Below are positions 1-12,224 of a stretch of DNA of 64,000 bases, piece by piece; the stretch's first letter is position 1, and every line of letters starts with the position of its first letter. A program made the translations under genes and the position numbers. Source of the stretch: Octopus vulgaris (taxonomy: Eukaryota); NCBI GenBank assembly GCA_951406725.2, contig OX597837.1, positions 20,894,001-20,958,000 of the forward strand. Reading direction: 5' to 3'. Under the pieces are notes generated by a model, which worked only from the letters and a program-made list of their open reading frames with translations, made no database searches and had not been told where the DNA came from.

Positions 1-470
1 AGTTATTTCGAAAATGTAAACAATAAGAGCCCTTTCGTGAGCGAAGCAACGAACGATGCGGGTGCAACAGTTAACAACAACACCAGCAAATGCAGTTACA
101 ACAACAGCAACAACAATATCAGCAGCACCATCAACAACCACAACAAACAACAACAACAATGGCAGCATCAAAAGCAACAACAACAATGATAAGAACAATG
201 AAAGAGCTGAGATGCGAACCGGTGCAACGGCTCAGAATAACTCTTCTAAACTATCTTTCACTGGAGCAATCAAGTCATCTCTTCAGGGGATATAATTAGG
301 CGCAAGAGTGGCTGTGTGGTAAGTAGCTTGTTTACCAGCCACATGGTTCCGGGTTCAGTCCCACTGCGTGGCACCTTGGGCAAGTGTCTTCTACTATAGC
401 CTCGGACCGACCAAAGCCTTGTGAGTGGATTTGGTAGACGGAAACTGAAAAGAAGCCTGTAGTATATATG

Positions 471-556
<86 letters not shown>

Positions 557-3500
557 TATGTGTGCTTGTGTGTCTATGTTTGTCCTCCTAGCATTGCTTG
601 ACAACTGATGCTGGTGTGTTTATGTCCCCGTCACTTAGCGGTTCGGCAAAGGAGACCGATAGAATAAGTACTGGACTTACAAAAGAATAAGTCCCGGGGT
701 CGAGTTGCTTGACTAAAGGCGGTGCTCCAGCATGGCCGCAGTCAAATGACTGAAACAAGTAAAAGAGTAAAAGAGTAAAGAAGGTAATTCTCTGGAGAGG
801 AACTTTAAATTGTCAGACAGCTAATCGAGAGAGAGACGGAAGAGCAGTAAAGTTAAATACCACCTCACCCGAGACAATTTGAGATACGATTCGCCGTATA
901 GTGGACCTACTGTACAATCGGAACAGTAGGTCCACAGAGGGTGGAAAGAGCCGCAGAGGCTCAAATACGAAAACCTTTAGGTTCCGTCTAGAATCTAAAG
1001 GAATATATACAGAAAGGAAGGGCCTACGAAAAGGTGGACGTTCGATTCCGTGCCTAGAAAGAAGCCAAGCATCACTCTTTGAATCCCCGAGACTGAATAG
1101 CTATTCCTTGGTTAATTGTTGCAGTGACGATAGAGATCGAGGAAAACTCGAAAATCGTCGGAGCTTAACAGACCAAAAAGGATAACTAGTCTGAGATGAC
1201 CATAGAACTCCTCATACAAACGACACAAAAGAATGTATATCTCATCACACGGACCAGATCCCCTTCGTAGAGGCAGTAATTAAACGGCCACCAGAAATCC
1301 AGTGACAACAGCAGCAGCACTATCACCATCAGTAGATTCAGCTGTGGCACCCCTAACACCAGCAACCCTACCGACACTGAGTTTCCCCAAACACCTCTCA
1401 GCGCCCGAAGATATTCCACTTCCCGATGCAGAGCGGGTGGAGATCACAGGTGGAGAGTCGGACCGCGATGAGGAGTGGAAGTTGAAAACTCAAAAAAGGA
1501 AAAGAGACTGAAAAAAAAACAAACAAACAAACAAACGTGTGAACAAACAACAACAATCATCCACAGAAGAAGTAGAAAGAAAAAAAAGACAAGGCAACAA
1601 AAACAAATACACCCAAAACAAACACTGCATCGATACCACCACCTCTAACACCTGAAACACAATCCATCCCACGCACGCAATTACAACAACAATCACAACC
1701 ACAATCACCACCACCACCACCACAACAACAATAACCACAACAACAACAATTATTAGCGCAAATTAAAGACACTAACATTACAAACTACGTGGCAAAAAGT
1801 ACAAAAAAAACAATGAATTAATGAAGTACATCATAATAGACACAAACCTTACAGCAAAAGATTTTGTCACACCCACATTCTCCTTACCTGCACTCATATA
1901 AATCATTCAAACAACACGAAACATACACACACTTAAAAATCTAATTCACACAGGAAATCGGAAATTTTCGAGGGAATATCACCAAGAGAACTCTTGGCGA
2001 TTTACTGTTGGAAACACCCTAAGCCAACAGGAGGGACGGACAATCCGTCCCTCCAAACAAAACCAAGTAAGTTTTCCTTTTCTTTTTCCGACAACATGGT
2101 CGGGTACAGAATAGGCAGTGTGAATGTACGTACCCTGGGGTCCACTTGGAAGTGAGGTCATCTGCTCAACGACCTCAGGGAACTGTAGTCATTAGTGAAA
2201 CCAGAATTTCCGACTCATGGGATTTCCGATCTATTTTCGGTGACTGTGAGGTGCATGTATCTCCAAGTCGTCCGGGAGCGGGAGGCGAAATTGCCATGAT
2301 GTTTCGGAAAAATCTGGTTCTTACAATACGGACGATGTTCCTGGACCCGGAAGGTAAGTCGGTGGTCCTGGGCGTGACAGACAGCGAAGGACATACTTTC
2401 AGGTTGGTTCCCGTTTGTGCCCCGACAAGGACAGGATGACCAGATTTCTTCAGACGTCTGGAGACGTTCCTGGGAACGTCTCGCTCTTTAGTGTTAGTGG
2501 TGGAGTGGTTAGAATGGAGTTTTAGATGTGTAGATAGGAGAGGAGGGTGCAAAAGCCTTGCAAACCTGCTCCGACGATTCCAACTGTCTGACAGATATCG
2601 ACTGGATTTCCTGGTTGTGTTAGTGTGGACCTGGTCAAACCGCATCAGGTCATCCAGATCGTATCTAGATAGGGTATTTTATAGAGTAGCAGATAAGGAT
2701 AGCATAGGTTGTCCACAGTTTAAAGTAGTCGACTACACAGACCACAAATTCATGATCTGTGCAGTCGACTTTGACAGGGACCCGGTTACTGGAAGCTGAA
2801 CATGTCGTCGCCGGCGCGCAAAGATTTCAGAGATCTGATTAGTGAACTAGTTAAGAGGGCGTTGACGGGGGCAATAATCAACAATAAATGGCGGTTTGCC
2901 CTGAAAAGGGCGATTAGAATAGAATCAATAAGGTATAGCAAAGGTGTATCAGTAGAAAGAATCATAATAGAAACAGACGTAACCTCGCAACCGACGTACT
3001 CGCAGCGAGATGGGCACTCGTCGAATTCTTCAACGCGAAACACGAAGGTTGCGTTGTCAGAGCTAAGGCACGAGCACTTAGACAGGAAGGGACGAAAGCC
3101 GTTCAATGGGCCCGAGTGACAGAGACACGGCGTGGTAATAAATCCACGATCTGATCCTTGCCGGACCACGAAGGACAAATAATAACTGATCCGAGACAGA
3201 TGTGTGCGACCTTTCAGCGTCGCTTCGCTCAACTGTTCGGGAGCAGCGATCAGCTAGGTCGCAGGATGGATTTCACGTCCTGCCTCGACGGGCTGCTGCT
3301 GCTGTAGGCGATGGAGGCGGAGCGCTGCGAAAGGCCGATAACAGCCTTTGAAATACGGGAAGCATTGGCTAGCTGCACGAGGGGTAAATCACCTGGTTTA
3401 GATGGCCTGCCCAACAAACTTTACGCTTACATGCCAGACTTGTTCAGCGACCTCTTAGCAAACGTTTACTGCAACTGGCAACAGAATAGGAGAATTCCCA

Positions 3501-4100
3501 GTTTTGTATGCCGAGGTGCGGTGGTGTTGCTGAGAAAAGACTCGAACAAGGGGGATTGTATTGACAACTTTAGGCCCATAACTCTACTGAATGCAGAGTT
3601 CAAAATTTTGGCCAAGGTGTTAGTACGAAGTTGGCGCTTGGCGTCGGGGATCTATTAGGAGAGACACAGATATATGCCATGCCGAAAAGATTCATCTACG
3701 ACAACCTCCACCTCATGCAATACATCATTGAGAAAGTGGTTAAAGGACCTGGCACGGGTGAGGCCCTGATCAATTTAGATCAGTCTAAAGCTTTCGATAG
3801 GATCGACCATCTATACTTGGAAGCAACCATCAAGACAGCTGGTTTCGGGCCTGTATTCGGGGCTGGATCGCTGCAATGCACAGTGTCATTTGTTCAGTGG
3901 TCAGAGTGAACGGTCACCTCTCAGAGCCGTTCAACACTATGCATTCGGTCCGGCAAGGTTGTCCCCTCTCGTTTCCCCTGTACGGACTGACTCTCGAGTC
4001 ACTACTACACAAACTGGAAGCTTTGAGAAACATCCCACGTTACCTAGGATGTGGAAGGTGCGAATCGTTACCTAGGATGTGGAAGGTGCTGACGACTTTT
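1..4100 (+). mobile_element. Decayed L1/Tx1-clade LINE (ORF1 remnant, APE endonuclease, reverse transcriptase), interrupted by a SINE and lacking its 3' end
   Basis: APE-like start GSVNVRTLG at ~2112 and WTWSN..SRSYLDRVF..YTDHK (2491-2799). RT motifs GKSPGLDGLP, NFRPITLLNAEFKILAKVL, INLDQSKAFDRIDH and SVRQGCPLS; ADD codons GCTGACGAC at ~4088. Many frameshifts and stops. Confidence 0.9.
298..778 (+). mobile_element. tRNA-derived SINE (family A) with internal (TA)n
   Basis: Box A/B-like head (GTGGCTGTGTGG, GGTTCAGTCCC), central TA tract, tail GCAGTCAAATGACTGAAACAAGTAAAAGAGTAAAAGAG. Many copies in the window. Confidence 0.9.
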
Positions 4101-4532
4101 GTACAGTTGATAAAGCTGGAGCGTCATCCCCTAATGTAGAAACCCTGTTAGCATGAATATCCTTCGGGGTTAACCCCCTTTTCTGAAGATATTTGATAAC
4201 ACCACGGTGCCAAATTTTATCCATTTTCACGAAATGTTTTTAGTACCACTTTTCCAAGACCTCAATTCTGTATCCAATGTTGGTTTATACGGAAAGAAAA
4301 AAATGCAGTTAGCGCCAGTAAAGGTTGAATTTAATGCATGCCAAGTTTAATTACTGTACGATAACTCTTTAGTCAGCCTATGAACTTTTCAGCCCACTCT
4401 CGTATTTGGGATGTGCACATAATGGTGAAATCGTTCTGAAAATGTTCGTTCAGTATTCAAAAAATGCTCACTTGTGAAGTTATGTCCAGCAAATGTTATG
4501 TATGGTGGTGGTGGTGGTGGTGGTGGTGGTGG

Positions 4533-4568
<36 letters not shown>

Positions 4569-4664
4569 TTGTTGTTTAATCACAAGTCAGTTCTGATTGA
4601 ACAGACTTTAAAATCAAAATCGCTCCAGCCCTGGCTGACATGTCGACTCTTGTTTCTCTTCACA

Positions 4665-7060
4665 TATCACGTCTGCTCTTGTTTCTCTAGCACCTATCAA
4701 TGTCCAATATTTTCTTTATTCGAAAATATTTCATGGTGCGTTTTGAAGGAGATTTGGCTGCTATTGTTGGTGCTGGTGGTAGCTAATTGAAGAGACCTAA
4801 GAATCAAAAGCGTTCCAATCCTGACTATCACGTCTGCTCTTGTTTCTCTAGCACCTATCAATGTCCAATATTTTCTTTATTCGAAAATATTTCATGGTGC
4901 GTTTTAAAGGAGATTTGGTTGCTATTGTTGGTGCTGGTGGTAGCTAATTGAAGAGACCTAAGAATCAAAAGCGTTCCAATCCTGACTATCACGTCTGCTC
5001 TTGTTTCTCTAGCACCTATCAATGTCCAATATTTTCTTTATTCGAAAATACTTCATGGTGCGTTTTGAAGGAGATTTGGTTGCTATTGTTGGTGCTGGTG
5101 GTAGCTAATTGAAGAGACCTAAGAATCAAAAGCGTTCCAATCCTGACTATCACGTCTGCTCTTGTTTCTCTAGCACCTATCAATGTCCAATATTTTCTTT
5201 ATTCGAAAATATTTCATGGTGCGTTTTGAAGGAGATTTGGTTGCTATTGTTGGTGCTGGTGGTAGCTAATTGAAGAGACCTAAGAATCAAAAGCGTTCCA
5301 ATCCTGACTATCACGTCTGCTCTTGTTTCTCTAGCACCTATCAATGTCCAATATTTTCTTTATTCGAAAATACTTCATGGTGCGTTTTGAAGGAGATTTG
5401 GTTGCTATTGTTGGTGCTGGTGGTAGCTAATTGAAGAGACCTAAGAATCAAAAGCGTTCCAATCCTGACTATCACGTCTGCTCTTGTTTCTCTAGCACCT
5501 ATCAATGTCCAATATTTTCTTTATTCGAAAATATTTCATGGTGCGTTTTGAAGGAGATTTGGTTGCTATTGTTGGTGCTGGTGGTAGCTAATTGAAGAGA
5601 CCTAAGAATCAAAAGCGTTCCAATCCTGACTATCACGTCTGCTCTTGTTTCTCTAGCACCTATCAATGTCCAATATTTTCTTTATTCGAAAATACTTCAT
5701 GGTGCGTTTTGAAGGAGATTTGGTTGCTATTGTTGGTGCTGGTGGTAGCTAATTGAAGAGACCTAAGAATCAAAAGCGTTCCAATCCTGACTATCACGTC
5801 TGCTCTTGTTTCTCTAGCACCTATCAATGTCCAATATTTTCTTTATTCGAAAATATTTCATGGTGCGTTTTGAAGGAGATTTGGTTGCTATTGTTGGTGC
5901 TGGTGGTAGCTAATTGAAGAGACCTAAGAATCAAAAGCGTTCCAATCCTGACTATCACGTCTGCTCTTGTTTCTCTAGCACCTATCAATGTCCAATATTT
6001 TCTTTATTCGAAAATACTTCATGGTGCGTTTTGAAGGAGATTTGGTTGCTATTGTTGGTGCTGGTGGTAGCTAATTGAAGAGACCTAAGAATCAAAAGCG
6101 TTCCAATCCTGACTATCACGTCTGCTCTTGTTTCTCTAGCACCTATCAATGTCCAATATTTTCTTTATTCGAAAATACTTCATGGTGCGTTTTGAAGGAG
6201 ATTTGGTTGCTATTGTTGGTGCTGGTGGTAGCTAATTGAAGAGACCTAAGAATCAAAAGCGTTCCAATCCTGACTATCACGTCTGCTCTTGTTTCTCTAG
6301 CACCTATCAATGTCCAATATTTTCTTTATTCGAAAATATTTCATGGTGCGTTTTGAAGGAGATTTGGTTGCTATTGTTGGTGCTGGTGGTAGCTAATTGA
6401 AGAGACCTAAGAATCAAAAGCGTTCCAATCCTGACTATCACGTCTGCTCTTGTTTCTCTAGCACCTATCAATGTCCAATATTTTCTTTATTCGAAAATAT
6501 TTCATGGTGCGTTTTAAAGGAGATTTGGTTGCTATTGTTGGTGCTGGTGGTAGCTAATTGAAGAGACCTAAGAATCAAAAGCGTTCCAATCCTGACTATC
6601 ACGTCTGCTCTTGTTTCTCTAGCACCTATCAATGTCCAATATTTTCTTTATTCGAAAATACTTCATGGTGCGTTTTGAAGGAGATTTGGTTGCTATTGTT
6701 GGTGCTGGTGGTAGCTAATTGAAGAGACCTAAGAATCAAAAGCGTTCCAATCCTGACTATCACGTCTGCTCTTGTTTCTCTAGCACCTATCAATGTCCAA
6801 TATTTTCTTTATTCGAAAATATTTCATGGTGCGTTTTGAAGGAGATTTGGTTGCTATTGTTGGTGCTGGTGGTAGCTAATTGAAGAGACCTAAGAATCAA
6901 AAGCGTTCCAATCCTGACTATCACGTCTGCTCTTGTTTCTCTCGGACCTATCAATGTCCAACATTTTCTTCATTCGAAAAACTCTATGGTATGTTTCGAA
7001 TGAGATTTGGCTACTATTTGTGCCAGGTTGAGCGCAACCACTTAGCGACACCCTCGTTTG
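4665..7060. repeat. 161-bp tandem satellite, 14 near-identical units plus a diverged terminal unit
   Basis: GAATCAAAAGCGTTCC recurs at 4801, 4962 ... 6894 with an exact 161-bp period. Confidence 0.97.
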
Positions 7061-7189
7061 TGGCTATGTTATTGGCTCTTCACTGAGAGCAGTTTTATAT
7101 GTGTTGAAGCTGGTGGTGTCTCCTGTGCTGCAGACAGTATGTGTAATACTATTAATGACAGGTTGTGTAGTCGTGTGGTTGCAGTGAAT

Positions 7190-7484
7190 GTAGTAGTATT
7201 GTTATTAATAGCGATGGTTATAATGTTTGTGGTGGTGTTCGTGGTAGTAGTTATGGCGGTGGTGATTCCAGTGGTGGAGTGGTTGTAGTGGTGGCGGTAG
7301 TGGCAACGTTAGTGGTAGTGATGGTGAATCCAGGTAAAAAAGTCAGAAAGGTTTTATCCGGGGTTTTTTTTTTCGAGCGGGTTGTGTCCTGGGGGGGGGG
7401 AGGTTGTCCGGATCCCATAAAACGATTGTGACTTTATTACCGGTCACTGTGATGGTAGTGGTTGTCGTTGTGGTGATGGTGATG

Positions 7485-7544
<60 letters not shown>

Positions 7545-7710
7545 ATGCTGGTGGTGCTGATGGCGGTGGTGGTGGGGTAGTAGTAGTAGGAGGAGGAGGG
7601 GAGGAGGGGTGTGGTGGTTGCGGTATTAGTGGTAGTAGTTGCGGTGGAGATAGTAGTGGTGATGTTGGTGGCGGTGGTGGTGGTTGTGGTGGGGTGGGTG
7701 GTAGTAGTAA

Positions 7711-7752
<42 letters not shown>

Positions 7753-7753
7753 C

Positions 7754-7794
<41 letters not shown>

Positions 7795-7860
7795 CAGTAG
7801 TTGTAGTAGCGGGCCGTAGTGCGGTTAGTGATTGTATTGGTTGTGGTGGATGTGGTTGAT
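7190..7860. repeat. (GTA)n/(GTG)n low-complexity tract
   Basis: Direct inspection. Confidence 0.9.
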
Positions 7861-8384
7861 TGTGTTATTAGTAATAACTGAGGTGGATGCTAAACGGTTG
7901 ATGTAATTGGTTTGGAATTTGTCACAAATCAAAAAGAAAAAAGTGATGCCACCCTCCCCCCGACCGCCACCCCAACAACATAATTAACTACTAATTTCAA
8001 ATATATAAAAAAAAAATGAAAAAGACTAAAAAATGTAAAAAGTGTAAAAAAAAATGTAAGCCCTCCCCCATCACTCGTTCCAGAAAAAAAAAACAACAAT
8101 AAGCAAACCAAAGCAACAAAAAAAACCATTAACATTATCATTTATTAAGCTTGTGTCTTTTATATGAGCGAAATGTCAGTTGTAACTAAAGTGAGTCCCA
8201 GCAATATTCCTGTCTCTCTGATTTCGTTCTTTTATTTGCCAAGCTGCGCTTCATCCTTCACGTCAAGCACTTTGATCAGACGCCGTCCATAATTCGCTCC
8301 CACCTCATTTACACCGGAAGTTCCGACATATTAAAAGGGCAAATTATCAATTTCTATCTTTTTTCATCTTTTATCTTATTTTTT

Positions 8385-8591
8385 TAATATTTGTTTCAGT
8401 CATTAGACCGCGGCGCGGCCATGCTGGGGGCACCGACTCGAAGAATTTTTAGTCAACCCCAGTACTAATTTCCTCTTTTAGCCTGGAACTTAAACTACCC
8501 GAGTCCTTTTTTGTTTGCCGAACCGCTAGGTTACGGGAACGTAAGCACACCAGCACCGGTGTTAAGCAGTGGTGAGAGACAAACTCAGACA

Positions 8592-8595
<4 letters not shown>
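8385..8595 (-). mobile_element. SINE family A, 3' half
   Basis: Reverse complement of the SINE tail (TGTTTCAGTCATTAGAC..CCATGCTGG..CCGAACCGCTAGGTTACGGG). Confidence 0.8.
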
Positions 8596-8628
<33 letters not shown>

Positions 8629-8649
8629 ACACACACACACACACACATA

Positions 8650-8830
8650 TACGTGGAGGTGCTGAAAAGTTCCTGGCTTTAGATAAAAAAAATACAAGAG
8701 GATTAGTTAATTATGATTTTATTCAACATATTCCCCTTTCGGGTTCACACATACTGTAGTGGTCCTTCAGTTTTTCTAAGCCCTATAAAAGAACTCGTGA
8801 GATTGGGCCTCCAACCAGACCTTTCGCGAC
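8650..8830. mobile_element. Mariner-type MITE, partial
   Basis: TIR-like GGTGCTGAAAAGTTCCTGGCTTT; same family as 52170-52393 and 60318-60531. Confidence 0.75.
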
Positions 8831-8939
8831 AGATGTGTGTGGGGGAGGAGCAGGGGAGGAAGGTGACATGTGCCGACTGGTATTGCTATAGCAACCAGCT
8901 TGCTTCGTGCAGTTCCTTAGGAAAACACATACATGTATA

Positions 8940-8980
<41 letters not shown>

Positions 8981-9204
8981 AAAAAAGATAAGATCGTTAA
9001 TTTAAAATAAAATAACGATTTTAACAAGTGGCTAGCATGGAAGAAATAACCTTCAAAAGTAATTATTAAAATTATAAATTAGGGTATCTACGAGATACCA
9101 TCATGCTGAAAATAGCAGCCATGATCTGACTCTAAAACCACCTTTATTGTCCACATAGCAACACGGAGAGAAAACAAATGAAACTAGTAAAAAATTATTC
9201 TATA

Positions 9205-9263
9205 ATTCTAGATCCCGGATTTCTGACTTTGCATTTAGGAATGCTTTGCCTCGTCAGTAGAAT
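9205..9263 (-). ncRNA. Type I hammerhead ribozyme motif
   Basis: Minus strand: ATTCTA-CTGACGA-GGCaaaGCATTcctaAATGCaaaGTC-a-GAAA-TCCGGGA-TC-TAGAAT. 6-bp stem I, self-complementary stem III, one extra A before GAAA. Confidence 0.7.
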
Positions 9264-9284
9264 ACACACAGAAAAGAAGCATAA

Positions 9285-9352
<68 letters not shown>

Positions 9353-9674
9353 ATATATATGCACAACATACGAATACTTACATATACGAACGTATACATA
9401 CATATATATGCACGTATGCATCATGACCAGTTCAAAATGCCCGCCGTTTAATTCCATGTGAGATATGGTCAAAATATCACCGCAGTAAATGCAGTGACGA
9501 AATAAATTTAAATTTATATAAATAAGGATAAGATCGTTAATTTAAAATAAAATAACGATTTTATCAAGTGGCCGGCATGGAAGAAATAACCTTCAAAGGT
9601 AATAATTATTAAAATTATAAATTAGGGTACCTACGAGATACTGAAAATAGCAACCATGATCTGACTCTGTGTGT

Positions 9675-9733
9675 GTTGTACTGACGATGCAAAGCATTCC
9701 TAAATGCAAAGCCAGAAATCCGGGATCTAGAAT
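9675..9733 (+). ncRNA. Hammerhead motif, inverted copy of 9205-9263 with weakened stem I
   Basis: GTTGTA-CTGACGA-TGCaaaGCATTcctaAATGCaaaGCC-a-GAAA-TCCGGGA-TC-TAGAAT. Confidence 0.55.
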
Positions 9734-9877
9734 TATCCAGTAATTTTTTACTAGTTTCATCTTGTCTCTTTGTTTTCTCTCCGTGTTGCTGTATGGACAA
9801 TTAAGGTGGTTTTAGAGTCAGATCATGGTTGCTATTTTCAGCATGGTGGTATCTCGTAGATACCCTAATTTATAATT

Positions 9878-9914
<37 letters not shown>

Positions 9915-10016
9915 ATAGAAATTGTAAGACAACAAAAGAATGAAAGAGACCTCGATATTATGTAAATAGAGGAATTTATCTGTAAATGTAATATTTGACA
10001 ATTATTCGGTAGCCAT

Positions 10017-10077
10017 GATAAAACTCCAAGTTTCGGATGTCGGGGCGGAAACCCACGCCGCCATCTCTTCAGTTATC
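10017..10077 (-). ncRNA. Type I hammerhead ribozyme motif
   Basis: Minus strand: GATAA-CTGAAGA-GATG...CATC-c-GAAA-CTTGGAG-TT-TTATC. Stem I GATAA/TTATC, GUU cleavage triplet. Confidence 0.65.
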
Positions 10078-10599
10078 CGGCCATCGAAAAAATGCTCCCC
10101 CCGAAACCCAAAAGGTAAGTTTATAAATTTATAATCAATGGTACAAGTACCAGTATTGCCAGAAACAAGAGTCGAAAAATACTCAAATAATACCCAAATA
10201 TATATATGTCACTGCCAACACAACCACCATGAACACCAAAACCTATACGACGACTACAGCGCCATTACCAACCTTCCAACTTTTCAATGACCAGCAACAA
10301 CAGCAACAATAATATGAACAAGACGAACAAAAATAAAATGAAATAAAATAAAATAAAAGGCAATCACATTAAGTAATGTTGTACCTCCGTGTATTTTAAA
10401 AGTATAGTGAAATCTTTTAGGTCTTGGTATTGACTGGAGAGTCAAAAGTAATAACAATGCAATTAGCAAGAACAGCATGACCATTGCTCCCCTCTGCTAT
10501 CACTATCACCATCATCATCAACATCAAAACCAATTCCACCAACGCTTCTTTCTGAAATTAAAGATGACTAATTCAAGTTACTTATTTGAAGAGTTTTTA

Positions 10600-11500
10600 A
10601 AAACTCTAAATTTGCTATTCATTTTGGGTGGAATTACTGACATCACAAATTCAACATAGTTTATTAGGATATGCGAATATTGTTGCCAGAATAAGGTCCT
10701 CAAAGATTTGTTGTTCGATCTATCGTTAGATGGAAGTACTGTAGGGGAAATTATTATTCAAAAAGAAGATGATGTTTCAAAGAAGGAGGCTTTGAAAGGA
10801 ATAGCTGCGTTGCAATGTGCATTGATAGTGCAGTAGCTAAGTCAGTGATGAAGATTGGATTGCAAGTTAAAGTCCAATCTTTAAGGAGAAATTCTATCGC
10901 TTTTATTCTTTTGATGATTCACCGAGAGGCGTTAGTGCCTAAAAAAATCTTTGCGAATGTGAATGCAATGCAGCAAGATGCCGTTAAAATCATCAACTTT
11001 ATTAAAAGTTGTGCACTGAATAGTCACTACTTAGCAAATTTTTTATAAAGAAATTGAAGCCAATTTCAGAAAACTTTCATTAGGAACAGAAGTATGATGG
11101 CTGTCAAATGGACAAGCTTTGAAATGGCTATTAGAATTTTTTTTTTTTTAAGTCATAATACTCCTGTCTGAACGAAATTCAGATTTGGTTAATTTGTTTC
11201 ATAAAGAAGATTGGTTATGTAAATGGTACTACTTGTCAGATGTCTCAACAAGGAGAGACATCAATATTTCTTTACTTTAATATAAAATTCATGCTGGCAT
11301 AAAAAGAAAATACGGAAAGGAAATACAAAATAGAAAATGGTGGATTAGAAATGTTTTCATATAGAAATGATTTTCGTTTTTGATATTGCAGTGAATTTTG
11401 ATTTGATAAAGCAAATAATAATCGATCATTTGGAGACTTTTAGAAAGCAATTTCCAGAAAAATACTTTTTTTTTTTATCAGAATTAGAGACTAACCAATT
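10600..11500 (+). pseudogene. hAT (Charlie/Buster, ZBED5/SCAND3-like) transposase relic
   Basis: TDITNS, CIDSA, IHREAL, AVKIINFIKSCALNS and TEV*WLS motifs with frameshifts. Confidence 0.85.
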
Positions 11501-11998
11501 GGACTGGGTCCAGTTGAATTAGTGCGCGTAAAACATCTGCCGTTAAAACCTCAGGTGGAAAATGCACAATATTCAAGGAATCGAACTCTCTTCGTTTATC
11601 TTTTACTTGTTTCAGTCATTAGACTGCGGCCATACTGGAGCACTTGTATTTTTAGTCGATTGAATCGACCCCAGTACTGTGCCTGTGTATGTGTATCTGT
11701 GTCTGTATCTCCCCATCACCAGATGACAACTGGTGTTGGTGTGTTTACGTTCCCGTAAATTAGCAGTTCTGCAAAACAGACCGATAGAATAAGTACCAGA
11801 CTTAAAAATAAGTACTGGGGTCGATTCATTCGACTAAAAATACAAGTGCTCCAGCATGGCCGCAGTCTAATGACTGAAACAAGTAAAAGATAAACGATGA
11901 GAGTTCAATTCCTTGAATATTGTACATTTTCCACCTGAGGTTTTAACGGCAGATGTTTTACGCTCACTAATTCAACTGGACCCAGTCCAATTGGTTAG

Positions 11999-12003
<5 letters not shown>
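11487..12003. repeat. Local inverted duplication (arms ~11487-11678 and ~11811-12003)
   Basis: GAGACTAACCAATTGGACTGGGTCCAG...GACCCCAGTACT is mirrored by AGTACTGGGGTC...CTGGACCCAGTCCAATTGGTTAGTCTC. Confidence 0.9.
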
Positions 12004-12052
<49 letters not shown>

Positions 12053-12224
12053 TACAAAAATGGGACAAGAACGCAAAACATCCAGACAGTTAGGTGTAAC
12101 AAATAAAGGAAAACAAAATATCCAGACAGACGATACAAGGAAAACAAGGACGGATCATTCGGAGTTTTCTATCCTCAGTCGAGTTCCAGATTATCTTTGC
12201 AATTTCGGCTGGTTACTTATATAT

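Larger units (their letters stand above)
8985..9878. mobile_element. Penelope-like non-autonomous module present as direct plus inverted copies
   Basis: 8985-9275 is repeated directly at ~9527-9668 and inverted at ~9668-9878. It contains a hammerhead motif and is flanked by TA/CA tracts. Confidence 0.7.

Noticed and set aside
4665-7060. CRISPR-like array
   Set aside because: The units are identical end to end with no unique spacers, and the context is eukaryotic; this is a satellite.
8120-8340. Promoter (ACCGGAAGT, TCACGTCA) or minus-strand terminal exon with AATAAA
   Set aside because: Short motifs only, with no linked acceptor or gene.
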